In this document: piece by piece, positions 26,122-38,688 of the stretch
Layout: each line of letters begins with the position of its first letter
Numbering within the stretch: the first letter of the stretch is position 1
Assembly: GCA_000934665.2 (NCBI GenBank)
Contig: KZ538053.1
Location: 1 to 64,000 of the forward strand
Direction: 5' to 3'
DNA length: 64,000 nt
Source of the DNA: Catajapyx aquilonaris
Taxonomy: Eukaryota
Position numbers and translations under genes: made by a program
Notes under the pieces: generated by a model
Databases searched by the model: none
What the model was told of the DNA's origin: nothing
The model's input: the letters and a program-made list of their open reading frames with translations, nothing else

Positions 26122-26690
26122 AAATTGATCATGAAGCTGGCACTAGGAAGGTCACAGGTAGGTCTAGTACTCTCCTCTGCAGAAACTTCGACAAAGAGTA
26201 TGGACAGGGTGAATATGGTGCAGCAGCGACGGAGACCGTTGGATTCTAAACGGCAGCATAAATGTTAAAACCTATGCAAATAGATAATGTGCATTCGCCA
26301 GTATACTAATGGTGCCAGCTATCCATCTCGGTTCATGTAGGCCTACATAGTGCACTCCCATAACGTACACAAACAAACTATATCTGTGATAAATTATTTC
26401 TTACAGAGTAGATTAAAGCCATGTAGCAGGTATAATTTGTTTTTACAGGTTTTGGGAGTGCAACTATGTACATGAACCAAGAATGATGACTGACACCATT
26501 AGTACTGGCAGGGTACTGGCAAATTCACATGTCTATTTGTGTAGGTTTGAACATTTATGCTTCCATTTGGAATCCGCTGCGTTGCACTATATTCGCCCTG
26601 TCCAAGATAATTATTTTGTAAAAGTTTCTGCATAAGCGAGTACTGGACCGACCTGTGACTTTCCTAATGCCAGCTGCAGGTTCAGTTTAA
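26122..26690. mobile_element. Old, diverged foldback DNA element
   Basis: Imperfect inverted arms of about 220 bp, for example GCTGGCACTAGGAAGGTCACAGGTAGGTCTAGTACTC versus GAGTACTGGACCGACCTGTGACTTTCCTAATGCCAGC; TTAA at the right end. Confidence 0.7.
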
Positions 26691-27771
26691 GCAGTGATAC
26701 CGACTTTGCCATAAGTGCATCGGTATGATGGCCATGTCCTGTTCCTAAAACCCTGTGGCATTGTTTCAATTTCGATAATTTTTGTTGTAAATGAAGAATC
26801 TATCTTACAAATTGGCACGACGCAGTGTCTGGCCTACTTGACACCTCCTAGATCACAAATGTAGCGAAACCAGCGAGAAAATTAATGACCCACAAGATAA
26901 TTTAAGGTACCGGTGGGCCGCAGCATTCAAAAGACGTAGGTACCAAGGACGCTATATACATGGCCTCCCATTATAGTATATCCTTGTAATCATTATGAAC
27001 TGCATACTTTGGGCTAGAGCGAGAGACCCAAGTAACGATAATCATTATATTTACTTATGCAGCGCATTATGCAGTCGCAGTATTTCACAACCCTTAACTG
27101 CCATGTCACAAAGAGCGAATATTTTCCTATCAGCTCTCGTTTCCCAGTACTTCATTAAAAACACCACGGTAGTACAGCCTTTTAATCTATTCGATTAAAA
27201 TCTCTTATGTGAATCTAATTGAAAGGGACATGTACAGTAAAACAGCGGTATTGCACATTAATCAGGGAGATCTGGCCGAAACTTTTAGCTTTGAATATTG
27301 CGATCTTATTTATTTTACTGGTTTGAACAGCATAAAAAATAATATTATCTTGGAGAGAAATCAGACAGCTGCACAGTACCTTCGGTAAGACGTAAAGGGA
27401 TAGCGATGACTTTTGCATTTTCTAAATATACAATATAAAAAAACCCGTTATGATTAGTGATATAGGCCTACTGTACAAACACAACCAGGTCTTTCACGTT
27501 TAAAAACTTTCGAAAAAATCCAGCTTATGAGACCTACGTGGTGCCTGCATGTGATAGCCTATCCACATTGGGGCAGTAAAACATGTTTGTGGCTTGACAG
27601 TGGGTAACACAATACTGGTTCAGAAAAGTAGGGCTTCCCTGCCTGACTAGCATTGTCCGAAGAAACAAAATCTTTGAAAACATGCCGCAAGCTTGACAAC
27701 AGGTCAGCGGAAAAATTTCCCAAAATTGAGTGCTTGTTTATGTGAAAACAATACGTATTTTCAACAAGAAC

Positions 27772-27990
27772 CCCGAAGCCTCTCAACCATTCCCTAAATA
27801 ACCAATGCAAAAATATAGTATACTGTGCCGAGCTTTGTAAATACAATTATAAGCTATACCATAAAGAGAAAAGTCTGGCCTCACCCGAAGCCTCTCAACC
27901 ATTCCCTCAAATAACCGAAACAGCAATATACTGTCGCTCACTTTTTATATTAACTTATATATAATTATAAAGAAAATGGTCTGATCTCAC
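27772..27990. repeat. Diverged tandem dimer, unit about 110 bp
   Basis: CCCGAAGCCTCTCAACCATTCCCT(C)AAATAACC at 27772 and 27884; both units end in AATTATAA...GTCTG..CTCAC. Confidence 0.75.
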
Positions 27991-27993
27991 TTC

Positions 27994-28061
27994 TGTGGCC
28001 CAAATGGCTCAACCAACCATTGAATAATTATTTAATAGTTGGTTGAGCCATTTGGGCCACA
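27994..28061. repeat. 68-bp near-perfect palindrome
   Basis: TGTGGCCCAAATGGCTCAACCAACCATTGAATA ... TATTTAATAGTTGGTTGAGCCATTTGGGCCACA. Confidence 0.9.
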
Positions 28062-31000
28062 TCAGTGTATGTGTGGGCACGAATGTCACAGTTTCATCCT
28101 GACTCTGAAGGTCCACCCAACCGCCTCTCTTGTATTCCGGGAAGTCTAGTAGTCAGGCGCGTTACCTTCCCCACCATATCAGTTCCCTAACATTATTGGC
28201 TAAAGGCCAACCAGCTCAAGTATTTTCAAACTCAGTCATTGGGCCATTTTAAACCGGTGTTATTGACCTTTATACACATTTTGCCCCCCCCCCCCCTTAT
28301 TGAATCCCACATTCAGGACGTAAACCGATATTTCTCACCGTTTTCGGGCTACATAACCAAGCTCCCTTTTCCCTCCATCCCCATAACTCCCGCCGTTAAA
28401 ATTCTCTCACGCTCTATGAGAGAGAAAGAGAGAGAGAGCTATGAAGGCAGGAATTGATCAGTGGCGCCCCTATTCGGCACAAATTTCCGACCGGGGAAAT
28501 GGCTCCCCGTCTCCTTAATACTTGTCTGTAGCAGTCGGCTAGCCTCATGGACTCTCTCGCCTACACCCTATACCCTCAACCACCGCCATTTCCGTCTATA
28601 TGCCTATTCCATGCTTACTTGTGTAGTCGCCAGCCGGGCCTCACCCAACTGATAAAGGCCACCTCGTAAAAGACTCGACTGAAAACGCATTCCGGGCTCC
28701 TAAGCGATTCTGGAAGGGGTTTCTTTTTCGGATAGGACACACTTGGGGGTATGGATTAGAAGGCACTCGCTCCCTTATTCCCCTTTCCACTACCAAAAAA
28801 TAAAACTGCGCCACCATGTCATTATGCAAGTGGGATAAAAGACGGATTTAGCTCTTAGAAAGGGGTTCTTTTGTTGAGATTTTTTATGATGGATGCCTTT
28901 AGTCATTAATCTCACTGAGATGTGACGTTTTGCAAAAGGTGGCTTCAAAACAAAGGTAAGTTTTTGAACCGGGGGCATATTACTTATTGTGGAGAAATTG
29001 CAAAATAATTTTAGTGGAAGGTCAGATGTGATGCAGATAATAATAATAGGGCTTTAATGTAATTTTGAGCGAAACTGGTTATGTGGCATTGGCACCCTCC
29101 CAGGAGACTGTACCCAAAATGAAGTATGGAAAAATAAATGGAATTTAATAATACATTGTAGCTTGTTTTTAATTATTAGCTCTTTACTCCGTAACGTACT
29201 TTGATACAGCAAATTACACCGTATTTCTCAAAGGCAACATCAGATTCGTGTCTATAGAAATTTCACCTGAAAATGCGGCAGGAACTGATGTGCAAAGCCT
29301 GGTCAGTTATATCAACTCCAGTTAAGAGAAATTTTCTTAATACATATTGTCAATTCATATGCATCACGGCAGATAGTCCCATAATTGCAGGTCATATAAC
29401 CGGGCCTGACCCGATTTTTATCTATACTTATATCATATGGGTGTGTAATGTGTATGTATGTGTTTATTTACCCAGTGGCCCTTACAGGGAGACTCCATCT
29501 CCTACAATTATCAGTACATTATGTTTGGAAAGTAAATATACATCAATAAATATTAACTACACTGGCTGAATACTTACAGCCTTAATACATCTACAGTATA
29601 CTTATACTGTATAATGTCTGTAGAGCTTTGCTGGATAATACAGCACAATATTATTTTGGTAATTGTAAGGATGGAAATGAGAATCGAAGTGAGCATCATA
29701 GAGATAGTCACAGGTGCGGATCTGCGTTAACCTTTGTAACACACGATCTAAAAATGGAGCCTTTGAGAAAAACGTATCTAGGAAAGGAAATAAACTCTTT
29801 GCCAAAAAATTTCCCTAATATATTCTCGATGAGCACGGTGTTGTTTTAAACAAGAGAAACGAAAATTCAAAGGCCTGCTCCCGGAATATTTAACTGGGGG
29901 AAAAATTGACCTTTTTCAAGGGTCGGCCACGACGTGTAGGTAAAGCGAAGGCAACACAGAACAAAAAATACGCATCCCCAGAGTTTATGCGGGGCCGAAA
30001 TAACGATCCTTCGTCAGTTAGAAAGAGCCAAAAAAAATGAAAAAAGAGAAAAAAACTCTCCCCCCCCCCCCCACAGCCAGCGTGGCCTGAATCCATGCAC
30101 CTCTAAACGCACCTAAAGAATTTTTACCGTTCTTATTACCACGAGCAGCTCCCACCAAATATCCACATTAAAAATATCTCATTTGATTTCACTTTCATTC
30201 CCTAGACTTTATACCCTGTCGTCTCCTCTTCATAACTCCATCCAACTACCCCCTCAGCCTCCTTTACGTCTCTATTATCTTAATTAGAACTTGCCCTTGA
30301 CTATATCTGAATCGGCACTTTATCGCCCGTTCAAATATGAGGTGGGTGCAGATAAAATCCCGAGTCGGCTGGGTCCAAGACGCCATTAGGAAATGTTAAT
30401 TTCCTTCTTGGGAAGGGCAACACCCACCCACGTGTGCCTCTCCGCATTTGTGGGAGATACTAGTACGAAATAGATCGAGTTTGAGGAAGGTCGAATGTAA
30501 TCCGGCGTCCTTTCCGCGGGGCTCATGCCAGCAACTCGACCAAGATAATACAATAATGGCCACGACCACGCTTTATTTCGTTATAAGGGACTCGTATCCC
30601 GTGGCATGCTAAACTGTGCCAAACCCACCCACCCACTGCATGTTACTTCTTCACTGCACCAAAACAGTCCGCAATGTTCCAACTCGGAGCATGTGTTGCT
30701 GCACATAAATGCCAGCAGTTTCGTGGAGAAATGAGCTGGGAGGGTAAATAACCGGGAAAGGAATGAACTTGCTCTCTTATGCATACTTGGCGCCTGCTTT
30801 GTGTTGCTGATCCCATGCGTATAAGGAGGAAGCAACTTGGAGACACCCCATACATACGCCTGGAATATATCAGCATGGTTTAGTTCATGTTTGGTTGTTT
30901 TCATGGGTGTTATAGCTTCTTCATGTGACGAAAAAACTTCATCGTAGTTAAACATAGGCTCTTCAGGCTGAACCCACCCGACAATTTTATGATATTTGTG

Positions 31001-31691
31001 AGTAATGGCAATAGCTAGAGCTCTACAGTCCACTCAGCCTAGCTTAGTCTCAAAAAATAGGCATATCCTAAACTCAATATTGCGACCTCCGTGGTGAAGC
31101 CCTACACGGTAGGGTTTCAAAAGAGGAAATCTTATGTACCGCATTTTACCACCAATCAGATCGCTTAGGGCGTCTGGTGGGGCAGTGGAGGGGCAGAGGT
31201 CTCAGCCTATATTTTGATAAGTTATGATGTGGGTACTGTATTCGGGTCAAAATATTATCAAAATCAAATAAATTATAAAGCGATATATTAATTTTGAATG
31301 CTCTGTGTAGTTCAGTGAATATTTCTGCTCATCTTCGAGTTTCTTGTACTACTGTAACAAAGCTTTTTGTTCCGCACATCATAATGGAGTGATGACTATA
31401 GTCGACAACGAACTCAAACCCCATTTATATTTTGATTGCCTACACAAAACAACTATCCTTGGGGTGTTTGAGCCTATTACAATGCGAGGTGTTTCATGAC
31501 CTCATTTGACGGTTACTGGATCTAGTGTAGCGGCCCTGAAATAGTGCTAGCAAAGCAATTTAAATAGTAGGCTACACTATGTATAGTGTACTTTACAGAG
31601 CTCAGAATTTGTGCATGTATCATACAACTAGTTAACTATTCCATTGCACTAAACGTCTATATGCAGTTAGAAAGTATAGAAAGTGTGACAC

Positions 31692-32160
31692 GTACTATGG
31701 GGTTCAAATTGTTTTGGCCACTTTATCCTGGTCTTGCACAGGCCCCACGTTGAGCAGGCGCTCTTGTCTTCAATAAGGTGTGGGGGCGGAAACAGGTGTA
31801 TTACTGATTACTGTAACTCTGGGGACGTTGACCCAATTGTGGGGACATTTTAGGTCCCCACAGGGCCAAACAGCTTCACACACGAGAATATTACCATTAC
31901 AGTGGGGACATGTCCCCACTATTTCGTTTTGCACGTTATCACAAAAGTCCATTTCTCTCAGCCTAGGTTAGTTAGGGTAGGTAGGGTAGGGTAGGGTAGG
32001 GTAGGGTAGGGTAGGGTAGCTTAGTTTACACTCGCTTTGAAAAGTTGTCTTTTTCACGTCCCCACACCTTAGTGAAAACAGGTCCGGGTGTGTGTGTTTG
32101 TGTGAAGGGTTGCTTCAAGACCAGGATAAAGTGACCAAAACTATTTGAGCCCCATAGTAC
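31692..32160. mobile_element. GTAC-bounded MITE, family C, with internal GTGGGGAC motifs and (GTAGG)n
   Basis: TIRs of about 45 bp GTACTATGGGGTTCAAATTGTTTTGGCCACTTTATCCTGGTCTTG and CAAGACCAGGATAAAGTGACCAAAACTATTTGAGCCCCATAGTAC; pentanucleotide array at about 31966-32019. Confidence 0.8.
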
Positions 32161-33597
32161 ATGTACTCCTCAGGTTGCAATAGAATGCTATAATGCTGTA
32201 TAAAGATTACTTAGTTAAGTCTTTTACCCATTTCAACACTGTGCATATATCGTATGTATAGACTATATGTCAGTTGCAATGCCGGTTTATGCGTCCGATG
32301 TAATTAGGTTCAGGCGTAGGGTTAGATAATTGCGTTGCGAGCTATCCACCATACGCACAACTGTTGTGAATTTGCGTAATACATATAACCACTTCCATGT
32401 CCAGGACACAACTCAATTTAGGGCTCACCAAACTGGACCGCGTTGTGACGGTCAACACATGCAATACATGGCACACCATATTTTTAACTGTAAACGTCCC
32501 ACCTTGCTAATTGTTAAACAACTGAAACTCAAGCCCTACTTTGTATAAGAATATAAAGACAAAACAACGAGAAGCGTTGTTTGAATACTGTAGAGCTTTT
32601 CTGGATAATACAGCACAATAGGTTCTATTGTTCGTGCAATTACTGGTAAGCTGCCGTTTTGAACACAGTATATTGGCATAGTTTCCTCAGCCTTTGAACC
32701 GAATTTTTCTGCCAAAATACTCATTATATGAGTGAATGGCGTTTCCATTGACAGAGGTTTCTCATGCTGCTAGAGGCTATAACAATAACCATACAGATAA
32801 CTTATCTTTTGCACGACTTTTTGATGGAATTCAGTCCCAGTGAGGACAACTACTTTGCAAACGCAAGTGTGCACTGAATGACACAAAGCTTTTCCGTGGC
32901 TTGGCTAGAAATAGGCAATGATATAAACTCCAATAAAGTGCATCGGAAGCGAAATGACGACGTTCCCCGCATCCTCGCCCGGATAACAAGAACCGAGAGG
33001 AGATTTTCCCCCCGCCGTCTTATATATATATTTTTTCTTAACCGCCGTCGACTTGATAAGAAAGATGACTGATGCTGGGAGACAAGATCCTATCGCCAAC
33101 TAAATTGCTTCTTCGCAGCTCTTCTTTTTCGGCTTCTCCAAACCCCCCCCCTCGTCNCGGCTTCTCCCAACCCCCCCCCCCCCCTCGTCCGTTCTTTTTC
33201 TTGCACCATACTTGCCAATCTTGCTTCCGGGATTTGCTTACCCAATCATCCAGCCAGTTTTCATCCCCGGGATCTATTCTCATAAGATCTGTGAACCGAG
33301 TTCTAGCACCAAATTTGTAACCTTTTTTGGTTCCAAACAGGAGATCAGTGTGCCAAGATTTGATATGATAAAAAATGGTCAGTTCTGTCTGGCGTCTTTC
33401 AATCGGGCCAGTTGTTTTATGAGGACAACGAATGAGTTTTCTTGACAACAACGGCCAGTATATCATTGCTGCAGCAAAGGAGCATTGGGTGTGTAAAAAT
33501 CGCTCAAAGTGAAAGACAAAATTGGACAAGTTGAGCAGCACTCATCCGATCACTCAGTTCCAATTCTTCTCTCAGTTGTTGGCTGATGTGATGAATA

Positions 33598-33822
33598 CAG
33601 GGTGTTCTAAGTTTGTGGGTCGTTTTTTTATAACTGATATCGCCCGATAGTAGTTAATTTTTGTAACTTGTTGTGCCCTGATCCAGGTTCCCCATTACAC
33701 CCATGGCAGGGGGTCGAATAAAGCAGTTGCTATAGAATGGGGCACGCGGTTAGGGGCACAAGCTACAAAAATAACTACTATATCAGTTATTAAAAAACGA
33801 CCCACAAACATGGAACACCCTG
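33598..33822. mobile_element. Tc1/mariner-type MITE, copy 2
   Basis: TA|CAGGGTGTTCTAAGTTTGTGGGTCG ... CGACCCACAAACATGGAACACCCTG|TA; same TIR family as 25084-25359. Confidence 0.9.
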
Positions 33823-33857
33823 TAGGCCTATACACGCATATTGAGTAAAATTCGCAC

Positions 33858-34000
33858 ATAATGTACGGTAAACGAGAGAACGATCTGACGTCATCAAGGT
33901 TTTCATGGAAATACCCTCACATAACAATATGAGTAAACAGTGTCAACAAAAAAGCAACAACGGAAGAAACGATGATCGTTCTCTCGTTTTTCGTACATTA
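33858..34000. mobile_element. Small degenerate inverted-repeat element
   Basis: TAATGTACGGTAAACGAGAGAACGATC ... GATCGTTCTCTCGTTTTTCGTACATTA. Confidence 0.55.
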
Positions 34001-37000
34001 GCATGTTTGAAATTAAGTTCAGCATATATTTTAAAAATCGCAGTCAATCATATCTTTAAATAGAACCCGAACTTCTCGGATTAAAACCAGCAGTTCATAA
34101 AAATTGTTGTACAGCAATTATGCGCATATTCTTTGTTAACTAATGAGTTGGACATTCCACTACTCCAACACAAACCTAGCACAGCTGCATGCATGAATCA
34201 AGGCAGCATATACAGCAAACGGGACAGACTTTTGACGCCCAAAAAATTCAACTTTTAATTGCGCAATTTAAACACGCAACGATCCACCGCCATTTCCAAT
34301 TCGCCACCGCACCAAGTTTCTCTCTCTTTTTTTTGTATCCAGCACTAATGATGTGAAATGTCGATTCGGATCGATTATGTGCTGAATATATTGCACACAT
34401 GGAGCATCGACGGAGTCTATATCCGTGCCCCGCTGGGAATTGGCGCAGTGTAGACGTCTCCGGGTGGGAGAAGAAAAAGCGAAGGCGGCGTCGGTGGCGG
34501 CGACGACGGCGGCGGTGGCGGTCGATGCGCCAGATTCCAACAAAACAAAAGGAAGCTAACTCTATGAGGAATATTCCTGGTGCACTCCAGTCCAGAAAAC
34601 CGCGTCAAGGGCTGCTGAAACCAATTCCCAATACAACTGCTCCGGAAAACGGGTGGGGAGACCAAAATTAGTCTTTGCAGCGGTTTGGGAGGAGGACTAC
34701 ATCCGCAGAGGTTCTAAGAAATATACACTGTCAATGAAGCCAAGTATTGCACAACATGTATTTAATCGATACTGCAGTATGAAAAGACAATTCACCGTTT
34801 CTTACATTAGTCTCTGTCATGCGCAGTGGTCACTAAAAATTGCACTCGAAAGTCAATGGACTTCTGGTCAGGGCCATAACCAGCACTTTTTATGACAGGC
34901 ATGGGAAGGAGGTTGAACCGGGCCATACAATAGTGTCGTGAAGTTTAGGGATCATCTACCAGAAATTTTGTAGACAGGAACAGCCCCGGTTGGAAATGGA
35001 GAAGAGCACTTGTAAGAGTCAGGCGTTTTCAGAAGGACACTTAACACTTTTATAGGAGAGATGTCTGGTTGTGTCAATACCATTGGCAGGAAGCAATACA
35101 TCAAGTATCACTTCAGAAATCAATCATTTCCCTGACCACGCGTCAAGTTCAGTTATCACCCAATTCTTGGACCATTCCTTCTTTTTTGGGGGGGTTCATT
35201 GAGCGACACCTTGTATTTTGCTAGACGCTATAAACCGCGAGAGCTTTTACCTCGTCTGACAGCTTTGGGACTGTACTTCCTCCGCCAGTTTGCTAAGCCA
35301 TTGGTCCCCATCGAGACAAAGGTCAGCAATCCCTCCTCGGAAGATGATCTCCTGGAGTGCAAGTAAAAGCCACAATTCCAGCGCCCTCAGAGCGGAAAGG
35401 ATGAGCAAACGTAGATTTGAGTGAAAACAAGAACGTCCTCCTTTGTTCCTCGAATACAACAGAGACAATGGCTTTTCCAACTTTGCATTGTCGTCGATTC
35501 AACTCCAGTTATAAACTCTTCTCTCTCTCCCTCTCTCGAAACAAAACAAGATAAGCAAAATGCGACCTCGTGGAAAAGTTATGACTACCGCTTTAGCAAT
35601 GTCGCCCATGCATCAGACGGATTAAGCTTCTTCGCATTAGAAATCTAGCTGATCGGATTTGAACAGCCTCTCTACCACCAACCCTACAGCTTTGCAAAGA
35701 CTCGTGTTGTGATTGATGGAGAGCACTGTTTCGAAATTAAGCCCAAGCTGCTGAATTCTTGGCTATAGGGGGTGAGGAAACTGTTGCTATTTAATTGGGC
35801 CAAATCAGATCCGGGGTTTTCAGCACGATTTTCATGCACTGCCAGCGGATGTTAAATGGATGCTAACAGCATAATTAACATGGCCGGTAAATGTACCATT
35901 CGTAGAGCTTGAAATGATACAACCGTAAATATTTGCTCTTGCTTTCTGCCTCCCACCACCACCGCCATCACCACCCCTACCCTGATTTTGTAGGGGGTGG
36001 GGGGTAGATAGAGGGGGGTAAACGCAGAGGGAACGCATCAGGTTAGTTGTCAGATACTTCTCTGTCTCCCAAAGGGAACCAATCTAGAGAAGCCTATTAT
36101 TCACTCGATTTATTAGCGATGGGAGCCATTTGCATGCGCTCGACTTCTCTGTTGGTTGAAATCAATAGATGCCTGGGGACGCCTCATTCGCCCTTTGGAT
36201 ACATTCGCATTAATCTGCACATATCCGACTCCGGCAAGGAAACGCGTCTCGTCCAATTGGAACCCTGCCTTTGCTCTTACTTGGAGGAACGTTGGGGGGG
36301 GAAAAAAAGGACGTAGATTCTTGGATGAAGTAGGACCTCGGGAAGATTGCGACTAGATTAAAATCCTGATATTTCATCTCTAGTTGTGTACACCTACCGG
36401 TGCTCAAACAACCCTCTCTCGGAGATAATAAAGTCCGTTATTGTCATTAAAAAAGAGAACGATTAGAACATATGCATTACCTGAATGTAGTGTTGTAAAA
36501 CGCTATTAAATAAGAGTTCTGAAATCCACATTAACTGTGTCAACTTTTAAACAGTAAAATTCTTCCAGAAATTAGCTTAAATTCTGCAATATATTATTTT
36601 ATTATAATGTTTGGAGCAACACTCATCAGAAAGCTCGTAAATTTCATGTTACCGGTACTATTTTATGTTGAAAACAAGTAATATTGCATTCTTCAACAAC
36701 TAGTCATAATTTATTATTGACTACATACCTGTAATCACATAATATTTGGCCTTGAAGCTAGATCTTGCAATTCCATTCGCAATGTGCTTTATGGTGCACG
36801 ATCAAATACGACTTACAAATTTAAATCATTTTTACTAAAACAATTCAATTCCATGACTATTTAAATGTCGGTTTCGGAGGCATATTTTACTAATTTCCTA
36901 ATATATTACTTACCTTCTCTGGGAGAACATGATGATTTTTTTTTTGACACGGCACCTGCAGTTATTGTAACGCATTTCACCCTACTCGTTCATATGTTCT

Positions 37001-37680
37001 AGATTTACGTACAAACACTAACACACCTCGCTCATGTGCGATTTGGCTTTGATGTGTAAAGAATGACGTAGTACTTTCCATAAAATAGTATTTAGCCTAC
37101 AGCATATTAGTGCGCTTCTCTCCAAAACAATGCATTCTACTCTTCGTCAGTCAAGGTTCTCAGAGAATTTGTTACTGCATATGATTTACTACGCATTTAC
37201 TGAGGTAGTTGGAGCAGAAACAAGCATATTATTTAATAACGCTTCTCACTTGGTTGCTTTCCCTCCTATTCCAGAGCTCTACCCTTCAACAGTAAAACAA
37301 GTCAAATAGGCATTCAAAAGAATATAATAAGGATATACGGTGAAACATGTCCACCATATAATCCGTTATAGTGCGGCAGAAATGCATTGAAAATGTTGTG
37401 GCCCGAACCAATCAAAAGTTCCGTAATGGGCAAGTTTTTTCTGATAAAAGGGTTTCACTGCAGATGGATAGATATTGGAGCAATCTTTTGTCAGATGCTC
37501 ATAACCGCTCATAACATGTCTTCAAATCCTTTCAGATACCATTCTTGTGTTTACAAAAAAAGTGTTCCATTAAGCTCAAAGTAGGCTAGTTTTATTGAAA
37601 ATTAATATCATAAGCATGTTATTATAAGTGTACTTAGAGTAAGAGTTCGAAAAGTATTCCTGCCTGTAGCTACACTGTAT

Positions 37681-37803
37681 TGCACAATTGCACCAACGAA
37701 ATTGCCGATTCAGCTCCTAACAGATCGCTAGGACACCCTTTAACGTGTGCTAACGATCTGTTAGGAGCTATCGAATCGGTAATTTCGTTGGTGCAATCAG
37801 GCA
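37681..37803. mobile_element. Palindromic MITE (possibly PIF/Harbinger-like)
   Basis: ATTGCACCAACGAAATTGCCGATTC-AGCTCCTAACAGATCG versus CGATCTGTTAGGAGCT-GAATCGGTAATTTCGTTGGTGCAAT; the superfamily call is a guess. Confidence 0.7.
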
Positions 37804-38454
37804 TAAGTATAGTAAACTTTGCAATATACCGGTATGCATGAGGACAAGCAAGGCTGAGATATATAACAACTGATAAACCAAACAACATTTTCATCGCTCA
37901 CTGCTACAGGCCTATTTACCTCACTACCATCCCATGTAATTTCCTCCGTATTCCCCCCAAGAGAGCACTGCTCTATCACGGGGTAAACAAAATAAATAAT
38001 TTCCTCCGTATTCTGTTGCATACAGTTACATGCCTTTACATACATGACCCGCAGTATGTCGTGCTTCTAGTGTATCCTACTTACAAACTTTACAATCCCG
38101 GTCTCTCACTAATTACTGCAACTATATTCAAAAAGCAGTCCTAAGGAATGCATCAATTGTGCTGTGTGTTTATTAGGTCGTACAGTATAGAGGTTATACT
38201 GTACAGGACTAATAAATAATGAAAATGTGATTATACATGCACACTGTTTATTAAAAAACCGGTATCAGAATTGATTGTACTATATCAAGGGAACCGATTC
38301 AAAACGCTATAATTATGACCATGATGTTGTTACTCTGCTGGCGATTCAAAACACTTCGCTTACTCTGTTTGTGGATATGTAATTTCCTAAGTGCAGTTAA
38401 TAGAATTCTTTGACATACCGATTCATTCTCTGCAAAGCAAAATTACAATAATTG

Positions 38455-38688
38455 GGTTCCCGTGATAGGCCTGTGCCCTTTTAGGGGACCCTCTTTGAAA
38501 TTCTTGTCTTCATTTAATTTCTGCGCTGCTGATGGATTTTGATTGTGCTCTGGGCGGGGAAAGGAGAGTACCCCGAGAGAACCCATTGAAACGTTTATTT
38601 CCATATGAGAAAATTCTCTGTCGACCAGGGAATCAAACTTGGGACCTTATAGAGGCTGTGACGCTAACCAGTACACTACCCTGCCGCC
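38455..38688 (-). mobile_element. tRNA-derived SINE, diverged
   Basis: Minus strand GGCGGCAGGGTAGTGTACTGGTTAGCG (A box) ... AGTTTGATTCCC (B box variant); 3' tail CCCCTAAAAGGGCACAGGCCTATCACGGG. Confidence 0.7.

Noticed and set aside
30581..31033. 150-aa minus-strand ORF
   Set aside because: No recognisable homology and no clear splice boundaries.
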